Shown: one piece after another, positions 39,365 through 51,660 of the stretch
How the letters are laid out: each line of letters begins with the position of its first letter
Numbering within the stretch: the first letter of the stretch is position 1
Position numbers and translations under genes: made by a program
Notes under the pieces: model-generated
The model's input: the letters and a program-made list of their open reading frames with translations, nothing else
What the model was told of the DNA's origin: nothing
Databases searched by the model: none
Assembly (NCBI GenBank): GCA_951406725.2
Contig: OX597818.1
Span: 14,136,001-14,200,000, forward strand
Source of the DNA: Octopus vulgaris
Lineage: Eukaryota
DNA length: 64,000 nucleotides
Reading direction: 5' to 3'

Positions 39365-42300
39365 CGTCGTGGCAACCGAACATGTTTTTCATTGCTCTGT
39401 TTAGTAAGTAGTTGAAGAAACTGAAACTATCTCTACTCAAACAAATTTTAATTCCTAATTCTTGCGAAAACTGTGATAAGAAATCAACAGATTAATTTTG
39501 ACCCAGTAGTGCCTGCAACGACCTGTGGGAAAACAAATGATTTCTCGTGAGAGCAGTATAAATTTCTCCTGTGATTCTATTGAATATATACGCACGTACA
39601 CATGCATCCTGCGATTTTATTAAATTCATGGAGAACTCAGAATTTACGCACACACTTTTGACTTTTCACTCATATATCTCAGCTGAAAACTCTCCCTTTA
39701 AAACTAACGACTATACTATTCAAGACTATACGTATCAAACTATTACAGAATTTCGCAAAACTCAAACACAAGTTCACCTTCGAACTACAAATTTGCTCAT
39801 CAAAGCAAAAAGTTCTGCTCTATCATACACATATCATTTACATATTTTATCTTCAAGCATCTGTAAATATTTATCTCTAACCCAATACAATCTACATTAA
39901 TTCTCCACTATTGTAGCATACATTTCTACGCAACTAAACACTAGCGCAAGGAGTAAATCAATAATTAACAAAGAAATATATTAACAAACAAATATATTAA
40001 AAAAGGAGGTGAAACATCTCTAAGATGACTACTCAGCAACAAAAATCTAAACAAAATTGTTCTGAGAATGAAATAGAACTTCTGATAAATTCCTGGTACT
40101 GTCGTCCCCAAAGGGAGAACATAGACACATCATGCCACGACCTAATAACCAGAAGTACAATTCATCTTTCTAGAAATCGCTCCGAGAAGCAGATTCAAAA
40201 CAAAATTAAACAAATTGAAATTAATAGACATTTCGTAAAACTCCAACGTGTTTTCTCTTCAAATAATGGTCAACAGCAACAATAACCATTGCCACCACGG
40301 CAACCACCTCGGCATCAAAAACGACAGTCACCACAGCAACAACAACAACCATCACAGCAACAACAACAACAACCTCAGCAAAAGCAACAATCACCACAGC
40401 AACAACAACAACAACCACAGCAACAACAATAACAACCACAGCAGGAACAACTGACCCAGCCTCAACCTTTAACACTCCTTAATTCAAGCACCATTGATAA
40501 CCTACTTGATGACACGGTCAACTCAGACTCCAGCTGTTCACAGCCTATTCAACCAGAGTCTTGTTACCAACCCATCAAATCTTCAACGGCAGTAACAATT
40601 ACAGGAACAAGAATCATAACAACAAACATGAACAACTACAGCTACAACAACCACCCTCAAAACAGCCACAGACAGCTTCAACATACTACTATTAACCAAC
40701 TTTCTTACTGAAATGCTTATCTGAAGACCCCTTAATGAATTTCCCAAACCTAAATGTACACAAATTAAAATCTATACCTCTCATAGCCTACACACGAAAC
40801 CCCAAAGTATGCTGCTATTCACTACGCAAGACGCTATGCACTGACATTGATTGTAAATTCACTCACCTACCAGGGACTAGACGCTCAATTCCTACTCACA
40901 ACAGCCGCTACCACCAAAGTGCACAATCTAAAACAACGTCATTGCCACCACCCTAACCAAATACTAAATCCATTAAAAAAAAAGACTCATGTTACATAGA
41001 ACCCTAAAGTCTGCCTCTAATCCCAGCGTAACGAATTATGTCTACAGCATAATTGTCCATTTACCCATCTTGCGGGGTCTCGTCACACAAATAAAAATTT
41101 AAACGGGGGATCTTTTCGGTTTGAACGGCAGTTTTTTCTAGCGGTGTCATATGAAATTGTCACCCATAATTATGACCCTAGTATCGATCTATAGCATTTC
41201 AATCTGTTTTAGGGTTAGGGTTAGTTAGGGTTAGGGTTAGAGGAGGGGGAGGGGTATTTTTTTTCTTCACAAATGTAAATAAACCCAATCTGTTTCTTAA
41301 ACGAGGGACATATTCATACGGCACAATGTTTTCACCTCAATAGACATCATTGACTGGTTAAAAGTGCAGAAATTGAAGAAAAAAAACAACAAATATCTTA
41401 CAAACTATAAAATTTTCTCGGTAAAGCCAAGAGAAAAAGATGTTTTATAAACACATTCTACCAGTATACGAAGTTTAAAAGTGTTTAGTTACGTGGAAAT
41501 TATATTAAAAAACTGCCATTCAAACCGAAAACATCTTAAACGGGATCCTAACCAATACAAAACCCACAACAGTTCTCCAAACAGAATTTTTTTAGCCATA
41601 ATGAATCTGGCGAAAGAGCTGCAAAAGAACATTCTAACCATCACACAATGTCACCCCCATCCCCACCCTATTGCACAAAGTCCCACTGCTACCATTAACA
41701 AGCAAATAACCAAAACAGTCGTCAAAATCAGTCAACACTATCGCCTCAACATTTTTTCTCAATGCACAAAGCATCAGCTCCCCCACCAATACCCAAAAAT
41801 GGAAGATCCTATTTTTGAGGACTGGGTAATTGACCATCCACATCATTTCCCCTCCTCGCCCTCACAGAAACCCATTTCAATAACCTCCACTTAGAATCTG
41901 AGATGTGAGTGAAGAATTTTAAAATCATCTGTGCAAATCGTGTCGGCAGAATGGTGGGACCGCCATTTCCGTGCACGATACTTTTTCGGCTGAAGCAATG
42001 GACGTACTTACCAATGGATTCTGTGTATAGTGAAACCAACGATTTAATAGTAGTAGGGCTCTATAGATCATCCCTAACTCCCTTACTACGCTTCAATGAA
42101 TGCCTCAACAGGATTGTTTCATCCATCTGTCATGCTGACAACATATTAATGATGGGGGACTACAACCTTCCCATTGTTGATTGGTCCACAAACAGCTTGA
42201 AACCAGTGTTTTTTCCACCTCAACCCCTGATAAGACGCATTCGAATTGCCTTTTGACTTGATGGATGAGATTTTCCTGACCCAGCATGTTCTGACACTAT

Positions 42301-44172
42301 CCTCAATATTGCAGTGGAAAAAAACACCGCTACTCTCAGATCATGACATGCTTCTCTGCGATCTGAGATTCTACCACCCAAAGATCAAATCCAATAATAT
42401 CTCTCCAGTCCATCTATTTGGCACTATGGGTCTTCATAACGCAGACTGCGATGCGATCACTCATGATATTTCACAAATTGATTGGGCCTTCACGCACGCA
42501 CACACCCCACCCACATAAACACATCATGGCAGACATTTGTCGATACTGTAACAAATATGGGCGCAAAACATACTCCATTAAGATCAGTATGCAAATGTAA
42601 GTGCAGAATCCCTAGAAATAGAAGAGCAATCAGAAAAATATAAAGAACTCAGCCAACTTATATACTGCCAGTGGCAACGCATCAGTGCGACTGTCATTGC
42701 ATCACTCGAATCGAAAAAATACAACCTCCAAAAAAGCATGATGCCTATCACTAACAAACAAAGAACAGCTGAAGAGAGTTGGGCCATTGAGAAATAAAAC
42801 TTAATCCCCAAATGTTCTTTCCATTTGCAAAAAAAAACAAAACAAACACACAACATAAAGACGCTGTTTCCACTGTTGGTCTTCTGGTTGATGAGAACAC
42901 TCTACATGATGATGCAAAATCCATTTGCGAGATACTGCAGATACTATACTGCTCTGTCTTCAGTAACGCTAATTCGGTTGATCTAGCTACCATCAGTGAT
43001 GTAAACCCTCAACTAACCATATCTGACATAACTTTTGGTGCTCCTGATATCCTAACAGAAATACGTAATTCAAGCACAATTCCGCAGTATGTCCCGATAA
43101 GTTCCCGGTCACTCTCCTGAAGGTGCGTCGACATCAAATTGTACCCCCTCTCGGTGAGCTCTGGAGAAACCCACTTGATGCAGGCTACATCCCTGATCAT
43201 TTTCGTTCTTAGTCTGTCGTTCCAGTCTTCAAAGAGGGAAAGAAATCTTTGCAGTGAACTACCGTCCTATTTCACTCACCTCTCATATCATTAAAGTATT
43301 TGAGAAAGTGGTGAGATCGCGAATAACACACTTCCTCAAGGACAACAATCTGCTGAACCCCAACCAGCATGGTTTCCGTGATGGCAGGGACTGCCTGTCG
43401 CAGCGTCTGCACCATTTTGATGACATTTTAAAAGCGTTGGGAGAAGGCTTGATTTCAGCAAGGCATTTGACAGAGTCGACCACAAAATCCTGCTCCAACT
43501 ATCCAACATTGGAGCCCGTGCAAAGCTGATGCAGTGGATAAAGTGTTTCTTGACGAAAAGAACCCAGCATGTTGTGTCTGACGGAATACGATCCAGCTCA
43601 GCCAAAGTCAGACGTCATAAAACTTTCTACATTGAAAATGTTTACCAATTTTCAATGTAGAAAGCCATAAACGGTATGGGAGACTGAAAATACATTCAGT
43701 TATATCTGTTTGCTGTTGTCCAATGGGCCGAAAAATCAATATGCTTCTAAATGAAGACAAGCTTGATTTGATCCACTTTGGAAAAGAGGATACTCTGAAA
43801 TTACTATACGCTCTCCCCCCGGGCAACTCCGTAGTGTCCTCCAACAACGCCAGAGACCTTGGAGTAATTGTTAATAACAATATAAGCTGGAGTTCCCACG
43901 TAAACAGCGATGTTGATTTGGCCCGCAAGCTGTGCTCCTGGATTCTGAGAACTTTCCGGACTAGAGATGCCTACACCATCATCCTTCTCTACTCCACGTT
44001 TGCCCAACCCCACTTTGAATACTGTTGCCCACTGTGGTCTCCCCAAATGAAGCAACTCATTATGAAAGTGGAAGCACTCCAGAGGTCAAAAACAAGAAAG
44101 ATAGACGGCATGAGAGGTATTGAATATTGGGGTCGACTAAAAAACCTCAATCTCTACTGTCTCCAATGCAGA
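39365..44172 (+). mobile_element. Old, decayed CR1-group LINE (second family)
   Basis: ORF1 remnants (Myb-like at 40025; CCCH fingers at 40800 and 41000); APE remnants LALTETH, YRS, GDYNLP, SDH; RT remnants NYRPISLTSHIIKVFEK, QHGFR, DFSKAFDRVDH, RDLGVI, WILRTF, YCCPLWSP. Many stops and frameshifts; the 5' boundary is approximate. Confidence 0.85.
41108..41536. mobile_element. MITE (~430 bp) with ~30-bp TIRs, 8-9 bp TSD and internal (TTAGGG)n
   Basis: ggatcttttcggtttgaacggcagtttttt / aaaaaactgccattcaaaccgaaaacatct; flanking taaacggg duplicated (41100-41107, 41537-41544). Confidence 0.88.
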
Positions 44173-44584
44173 GACAACGAATAAGTAAAGAAACTCTATT
44201 TATTACAAAATACAGGCCACTTCTTAACGGGTCTACGACAAACGATTAATATACCTCAACTTTAGAATAAAAGAAATATACACACACACAAATATTACAT
44301 TCCAAAGAATCCATTACTAATCAGCCCCAATCACAACTATAATCCATAACATGCCAACTTCAAGTCATACAACACCTCACTACTTTCACCCATTCATATT
44401 ATTCTCCCTTCTCTGTTTTCTTCTTCCTCCTCTTCTTCTTCATCATCATCATTATCATCATCATCGTCGTCATCATCATCACCGCCATCATCATCATCAT
44501 CTTCTTCTTCTCCTTCTCCTTCTTCTTCTTCATCATCATCATCATCATCAACATTGTCATCTTCTTCTTCTTCTTCTTCTTCTT

Positions 44585-44618
<34 letters not shown>

Positions 44619-45117
44619 CTTCTTCTGCTCCACCTTCTACCTCTTAACTTTATCACTAATACTTTTTAGTAAAACACCTACGCAAATTCCATAAAAACAA
44701 ACCTCTCAATAGAAATATTCTCCTGAATTGAACTGCAACTGCTAGCCATCACTGACCATTCAAAATACAACAATCAAGGCACTCCCAAATTTTTCCACCC
44801 CCTCTCCTCATCAGCCTTCTTCTTCTTCTACCATACCAAGAATTCACAACGACCTCGAACACACAAGTGCAAACAAGGGAGTCAGAGAAAGGCAGAATGC
44901 CACTTATATCTGAACACTATACAAATATTCCTTTAAAAAAACTTTTCTTCTAATTTTTCTAAATTTAATTATTTAATCGTTACAGTTGAAAAGGTCTCAA
45001 AATGACCGAAACCGGTACTGAAATGTTCTTTATAAAATTATTTTAGCATTTTCTATTTTGACTTGTTTTTTCATATATATCAACTCGTGTGTTCCTTTTC
45101 ACCCTTATACACACACA

Positions 45118-45118
<1 letters not shown>
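44173..45118 (+). mobile_element. 3' fragment of a third Penelope-like element
   Basis: QRISKETLFITKYRPLLN..* matches the GIY-YIG C-terminus of the 33-kb copy (TRINRESNLIQKYRPQLN); the 3' UTR has (CAT)/(CTT)n and a hammerhead motif and ends at (TA)n. Confidence 0.7.
44983..45020 (+). ncRNA. Minimal type I hammerhead ribozyme variant (U3:A8)
   Basis: cag-TTGAAAA-ggtc tcaaaat gacc-GAAA-ccg-GTA-ctg; all three stems present, stem III palindromic (ACCGGT). Confidence 0.7.
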
Positions 45119-45183
<65 letters not shown>

Positions 45184-45191
45184 TAGGTAGG

Positions 45192-45281
<90 letters not shown>

Positions 45282-45291
45282 CACACACACA

Positions 45292-45428
45292 ACAGGTTTC
45301 TTTCAGTTTCCGAATCCAATCAAAAGGCTTTGGTCAAAGACCTGCCCAAGTTGTCACGCAGCGAGTCTGTACCCGGAGCCACGTGCGTGTTTCTGAAGCA
45401 AGCTTGTTACCACACGGTCACGTCTGTG
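45292..45428 (-). mobile_element. Family B SINE 5' fragment
   Basis: ttctttcagtttccg..aaggctttggtc..gacctgcccaagttgtcacgcagcgag..cccggagccacgtg. Confidence 0.65.
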
Positions 45429-45671
45429 CTTATATATACTCGTATATATGTATGTGTGTGTGTGTGTCCGTAGACTGGTGTCGGGGAAATGAGAAGCGCA
45501 GTAGTCAGTACATGAATTAAAGATATGTTTTTTTATTGGAACAGAAATTATAGTTTATCTCGCCACTCAAATTTGCGCCGCTACCATCGCCAACGATCCA
45601 GTTCCAGTATGATAAATCTGATGTATCATATATGTGTATTTATATGTATAGACACATCTCTCTCTTTCTCT

Positions 45672-45719
<48 letters not shown>

Positions 45720-45722
45720 ATC

Positions 45723-45769
<47 letters not shown>

Positions 45770-46484
45770 GCAGGCTGACATTAGTAAAACCGTTGCGTGA
45801 GTTTAGCGATCAATAAAATTGGAAGACAAATGAAGAGTTTATCACGTTTTTAAAGATTAGTTAAGAATTATTTCGGTAGCTACTTTCTCAAATTACTTCG
45901 CTTTGTGATGGAGATTTCAGAAACCAGTATATTTGTTCCAGCTTATTGACAAATCACAGCGATATTTTAGAATAATTTAAATATATATGTATATATATAT
46001 ATACCTACCAAATCCCCAGCCTTGCTTCTTACCAATAGATAACACTAGTCACAAGCAACTATTCATTCAACAAGCAATTATCACATACAAAGAAGACAAA
46101 TATGTAAGCACATTTCCCGAATGGCAAGTGATAACAATAATCTGCAAATAATACAGTAGATGTGTAATCGATTATGCTAACACTTTCTCGGCACACCCTT
46201 ACCCTATGAAATATAATAAACAATAAAATAAACAATACATTTTACTTATCGTTGGATTTTGCACATAAACAGCTTCTATATTCAGCCTGCGTAACAAAAG
46301 AACAATGCTAAACTTAATATCCTGTTCGGCATACAAATGGAACTGTTAGATAGTGACTTCCAGACTGTGTCGTTTACTCGTACATCACTCCAGAACACTG
46401 CAGCAACACTATATGATCAGTAACTCGGCTATTCCGTTCAGCAAGCATAAGAAAATATATACAAGAAATATGAATTAATAATAA

Positions 46485-46693
46485 TGGTTTCAAATTTTGG
46501 CACAAAGCCAGTAATTTCAGGTGAGGAGTAAGTTGATTTCATCAGGTCCAACCTCGGTTGGTACGTATTTTATCAACCCTGAATTGATGAAATGTAAAGT
46601 CAACCTCGGCGGAATTTGAATTCAGAACGTAAAAAGATGAAATTCCATTAAACTTTTGCCCGGCGTGCTAATGATTTTCCCAGCACGCCGCCT
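46485..46693 (-). mobile_element. Family A SINE
   Basis: aaagtcaacctcggcggaatttgaattcagaacgt..cccggcgtgctaatgattttcccagcacgccgcct. Confidence 0.8.
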
Positions 46694-46713
46694 AATATAT
46701 GTTCATAATAATA

Positions 46714-47978
46714 CGAGGGGCGTTCAATAAGTAATGCCCCTGACCCACTTGCAGTTGTTTGATCTAGCTGAAATGTTGCATGTGCACTTATTTATACCTC
46801 TATAGATTAAGTGGCGAATTACAGTTCTAATTGTGGTTTCTGATTTACAGGTGTTTGAACTGAGTCAAGTGTGAAATGGAGCCTGTTGAGTGTCGAGCAG
46901 TGATCTGGTTTTTGTATTTGAAAGGACGCACACCACGGGAGACTTTTGATGAAATGAAAGTAACTTATGGTGATGATGCCCCATCATATGAGCTTGTAAA
47001 ACGCTGGCATTGTGAATTCAAACATAGTCGGAACTCTGTGGAAACAGCTCCCAGATCTGGTCGCCCCCTTCTGCCGTTGATGAGACGTCTGTCCGTCAAG
47101 CTGAGACTGCCATTTTAGAAGGGCAACGCATAACTATTCGCCAAATAGCCCATAAGTTCAAGATTAGTACCGGGTCTGTGGAAACTATCATTCATGACCA
47201 TTTGCATACGCAAAAGGTGTCTGCCAGATGGATTTCCAGGCTGCTCACACCTTTCCAGAAGCAAGAATGCGTTGAGTGCTCGAGGATGAATTTGGAGATG
47301 TGCCAAGAAGATGAGTTAACATTTTTCAAAAGACTGATCACACAGGATAAAACCTGGGTCCATCACTATGATCCATAGACCAAAGCCCAGTCAATGCAGT
47401 GAAAGCACCGTGACTCACCTCCTCCAAAGAAGGCAAGGGTGCAGCCCTCCGCTGACAAGGTTATGCTCACAGTCTTCTGGGACCAGGACGGAGTAGTGAT
47501 GGCAGATTTCCTGGCAAAGGGTACCACAATTACAGGAGCCTATTATGCTTCACTTTTGAGGAAATTAAGAGAAGCTATCAAAATCAAGAGGCGGGGCAAG
47601 ATCAGCAAAGGTATCCTCCTCCTGCAGGACAACGCTCCGGTCCACAACTCGCGTGTCGCCAGATCAGAAGCACAGGCGTGCAGCTATGAACTCCTCCCCT
47701 TGCACCCTCTGATTTTCACCTCTTCCCAGCCATGATGTTGATTTTGAAAGGAAAGCGTTTCCTAGATGATGCAGCCTTGATTTCTGAAGTCACGTCGTGG
47801 TTGGAGGACCAAGCTGGGGTCTTCTACAAAAACGGTCTCCAGAGCTGTATCAAACGATGGGAGAAATGCATAACTCTGGGTAGTTCCTATGTAGGAAAAG
47901 ACTAATAACTGTGCCAAGTGTCGTTGCTCTACTGCTATGGGAAGTGGGTCAGGGGCATTACTTATTGAACGCCCCTCG
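46714..47978 (+). mobile_element. Full-length mariner transposon (1265 bp), transposase inactivated
   Basis: Perfect 37-bp TIRs cgaggggcgttcaataagtaatgcccctgacccactt with TA on both sides. Transposase remnants 46876-47905: ARWISRLLT, TQDKTWVHHYDP, KVMLTVFWD, LQDNAPVH, LAPSDFHLF (YSPD deleted); stops and frameshifts. Confidence 0.95.
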
Positions 47979-48021
47979 TAAGCACACCTTTGTTCGATTA
48001 CAGTTTCCGAATCCAATCAGT

Positions 48022-48125
48022 CGCCAAACACGGAGTAGATGAAACCATGGCGATTGAAGAAGGGGAATTTTCCTTGTGTTTATGTTTTCGTTTCTCATTG
48101 TGTTCGACGTTTTTTTTTTCTCATC
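48022..48125 (+). repeat. Short fragment of the 35-38 kb non-coding repeat family
   Basis: caaacacggagtagatgaaac..ttgaagaaggggaattttcctt..gtttctcattgtgttcgacgttt aligns to 35832-35880 and 38600-38716. Confidence 0.6.
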
Positions 48126-48741
48126 TTTTAAGTGAATGAAAGTTATCATTTTCGTATGTAGGATCAAAAATTACACCAGTTATTAGTCTCTAGCCACAAT
48201 AACATCAATATTTATAATTCTGAAATGAGATTGTTTGTTTGTTTGTCTGGTTTGGGCATTGGAACGGGTTAAAAGGCACTAGATTCCGTCGGATTGACTC
48301 CAAAATTTACAGGAACATGTAAAATGCGGCGAGGATGTCAGTGGGCTAGGTTACAAATCCCTATATTAAAAAGGTGTGGTTACTAGGGCAAAAAACCACA
48401 CTTTGATAAGTCTTCTCTCATTCTCTTATCTGCCTGTCTTCCCCCGACTCTCTCTCTCTCCTCCGTTCCTTTCAAATTCTCTCTATTACGTCGTTTGACA
48501 GCGTCTACTATCTTCCCCCCAGCCACATTCGCCTGCTCTTTCTTTCACATCGTATCTCTCGCTCTACGTTTGTCTGCATTCACAGAGAGAATTATTATCG
48601 CCACCACGATACAATCATGAAAACAAATATTATGAATCAGATATTTATTGGGTTAATTTATATCTGTGTGTATGTGTGGTCTATATATAAATATGTATAT
48701 ATAATGTATATATACAAAGAGTATATATCTGTATCTATATA

Positions 48742-48787
<46 letters not shown>

Positions 48788-48807
48788 GTATACATTTTAT
48801 ATATATG

Positions 48808-48865
<58 letters not shown>

Positions 48866-48866
<1 letters not shown>

Positions 48867-49072
48867 TACGGAGATGTACTCGCATAGCAAGTAATTTGAT
48901 CTGAGATCGTGTGCTGAAACGAAAACAATTGCAGCGTGGGAGGTGTTTATAAGCCATTTAAGAAACACACAAAAGCCGTTCGATTCACTCCAACATTTAA
49001 GTTTAATTTGTCAAAATATTTTCGTCGCTAAAATCCGCGACCTGTTCACTGACAAAGTCCGTGCTGCATCTC

Positions 49073-49075
<3 letters not shown>
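48866..49075 (-). mobile_element. ~210-bp solo pLTR-like insert in (TA)n carrying a hammerhead variant
   Basis: Unique-complexity block flanked on both sides by (TA)n; contains the motif at 49007-49056. Confidence 0.6.
49007..49056 (-). ncRNA. Minimal type I hammerhead ribozyme variant (G3:C8)
   Basis: tttgtca-GTGAACA-g-gtcgc ggatttta gcgac-GAAA-ata-TTT-tgacaaa; 7-bp stem I, 5-bp stem II, palindromic stem III (AATATT). Confidence 0.7.
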
Positions 49076-49115
<40 letters not shown>

Positions 49116-51257
49116 ATATATATAAAATGTGTGCATTATGTGGTCGATTGAGCTGAAAATAAGCACACCTATGTTAAAGGTGCTGGCGAGTTTGTATGGC
49201 AAATATTTTTTATCCGCAAATGAAAGGCGTGACCTCTAAGACAAAATTCCTCATCTTATAAAATGTGGGCCGAGTAGACCCGAATGAAATCGGGTTATAT
49301 TAACGAAAATGTGAAAAGGGGCCTAAGTGGGGCTGGAAGGAGATTAAAATTTACAGGAGCGGGTGTTTAGGAATTCTCTGTTGCATCAAGCTAAAAAATT
49401 TGCGCCAGCCTTTAAATCTTCAATATGTTGCCTTCCATGAGGAAGAAGTTTTGAATGCTTGCCATGGTGAGTTTACTGACGTGAGAAAGAATCGCTTCAA
49501 AATTTGGTGTTTAGGAATTTTCTTTTACATCAAGTTCAAAATTTTACGCCAGCCGTTAAACTGCCACTGTGTTGCTGTCCGTCGTTAAGAAATGCCAACC
49601 ATGGTGACTCTACTATCCTCAGATTCTATCCCTTCAAACGTTGGCTTCCAATATCTTTTAATTTTTATTCAGCTCGCAAGTCCGTCTGTCCCTTTTAAAT
49701 GTTAGTGTTTTGCTGTCTGCCTTGAAGCATACCTTTCCGTTGTCACTGCCTGATATTCATGATTGAACTTTCAAAATATTTTCTTTCTCAACTTACTCAA
49801 GATCGTTTGTTGTTTATAAATGGGAGAGAGATAGATAAAGATAGAGAGTAAGAGAAAGCGAGGGAGAGTCCGAGAGAGAGGAAGAGGAAGAGAGTGGGAA
49901 AGTGATAGAGAAAGGAGAGAGAAACAAAGCTGGAGAATGTGGTGATAAAAAACAGAAAGGAAGCAACAGAAAGTAACAACCACACTAGGGTGACCTTAAG
50001 CTAGTCAGTCATATATTTCAAGTTGAAAAGGCCTGGCGATTCTTAACAGAAGATAAATGATACAACTTCCTATTATAATTTACAAATAAGAATGTATGTC
50101 TGTTATAAAATCATATGTCATATTTAATTGTATGTGAATGTTCTGTTATTTTTATTTCTATTGAATTATTTCATTTTGTTTCTATTTTTACTTTAAAACG
50201 CTTTTAAACTAAAAAAAAAAAAAACACTCATTCTACTTTATAATTTTTTATAATTCAATGCATGAATTCGCGCAGCTGCATCTAATTTATTCTTCAATAA
50301 ATAAATTGAATATTCAAAGACGCTAAGCATTTCTTATTAAAATTAAATTTTATTATCAAATAGATATATGAATGTATTATATTTGACATTTAATCTGAAA
50401 TGCGTAATGAAGCGTGCTAATAATATAAGTATCTTTAAATCACAGAAGCTTTATTAATGTAAGTTGTTCTTATTTCTACAAAATACATGTTGTCAATATG
50501 AACATAGACAGCCGTTGATATAAATAGTAAATGATTATAAATAATTTAGATATACAAAATTATTTAAAATAAGCAAAATACCTCAAAATTATGAAGTTTT
50601 GAATTACATGGAGAAATAAAGAAATACTGGAAATAACGTAACACCCCGAACACATACAGAAATAAACGGCTTGAATTTTGAATAAATTAATTGGCTGGTA
50701 ATAATATTAGCAACTGTAAAGCCGATATAAACAAAAGCATAAGGCTAGTGGCTAAGTTGAATATATTGGTGTTCAGAACGAAAAGGTATTTTCCAGTTGC
50801 ATTCGTGGTGGTGCCAATCCACTGCTCCAAAATTAATGAGATGTCTAATTTTGGTACAATCCCCTCTGAGGAGAGAATATTGTTTTATGGACTGCTGAGA
50901 CGTGAAAGGCCAAAAATCCATTGGGACAAAAATTGAACACAGAACGTAGCTAATTGGAAGAAATAAAGTTATGCATTTTTGTTCGACACAAACGATTCTG
51001 ATAGCTCACTATCATAAAATGTGAGGAATAATAGTTTCTACTTTGATGACAAGGCCAGCGATTTTGAAACGAGTGAACTACGAGAGACCAGCGACTCCAG
51101 TACTTAACTGGTACTATATTTTAATTGACATTGATTACGAAAGGATGAAAGGCAAAAGTAACATCGGTGACAATCGAACTCAGAGAATTGAATTCAAAGC
51201 AGGAAGAAATTACTGGCAACGTACTAAAATTTGAAACCTGTATTTTCTAGTGAATCA

Positions 51258-51660
51258 AGGCGGTGAGCTGGCAGAAGCGCTAGCACCACGGGCGAAATGT
51301 TTATCTGTGTTTCGTCTACCGCTACGTTCTGTGTTCAAATTCCGCCGAGGTCAACTTTGCCTTTCATCCTTTCGGGGTTGAGTAAATAAGTACCAGTTAA
51401 GCGCTGGGGTTGATATAATCGACTTAATCCATTTAGCTGTCCTTGTTTGTCCCCTCTGTGTGTAGCCCCTTGTGAGCAGTAAAGAAATAAGAAACATTAG
51501 AATGCCGGACAAAATATTTAGTTGCATTTCGTCCGTCTTTAATTCTGATTTCAAATTCCACTTAGGTCGTTATGACGTTCATTGTTTTGATGTTGATAAA
51601 AAGTAATCAACTTACCCCTCCCTGAAATTGCTGGCCATGTGCGAAATTTTGTAACTAATA
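51258..51660 (+). mobile_element. Family A SINE, head-to-tail dimer
   Basis: aggcggtgagctggcagaagcgctagc..gttcaaattccgccgaggtcaactttgcctttcatcctttcgggg..aaagaaataa, then a second, more decayed monomer. Confidence 0.8.

Noticed and set aside
45304-48019. Identical 19-mer cagtttccgaatccaatca at 45304 and 48001 as a possible TSD
   Set aside because: It derives from SINE sequence and does not bound a coherent element; more likely filler or a SINE fragment.
49100-50004. Possible Helitron-like element with an internal ~145-bp duplication ending in CTAG
   Set aside because: No terminal hairpin and unclear boundaries.
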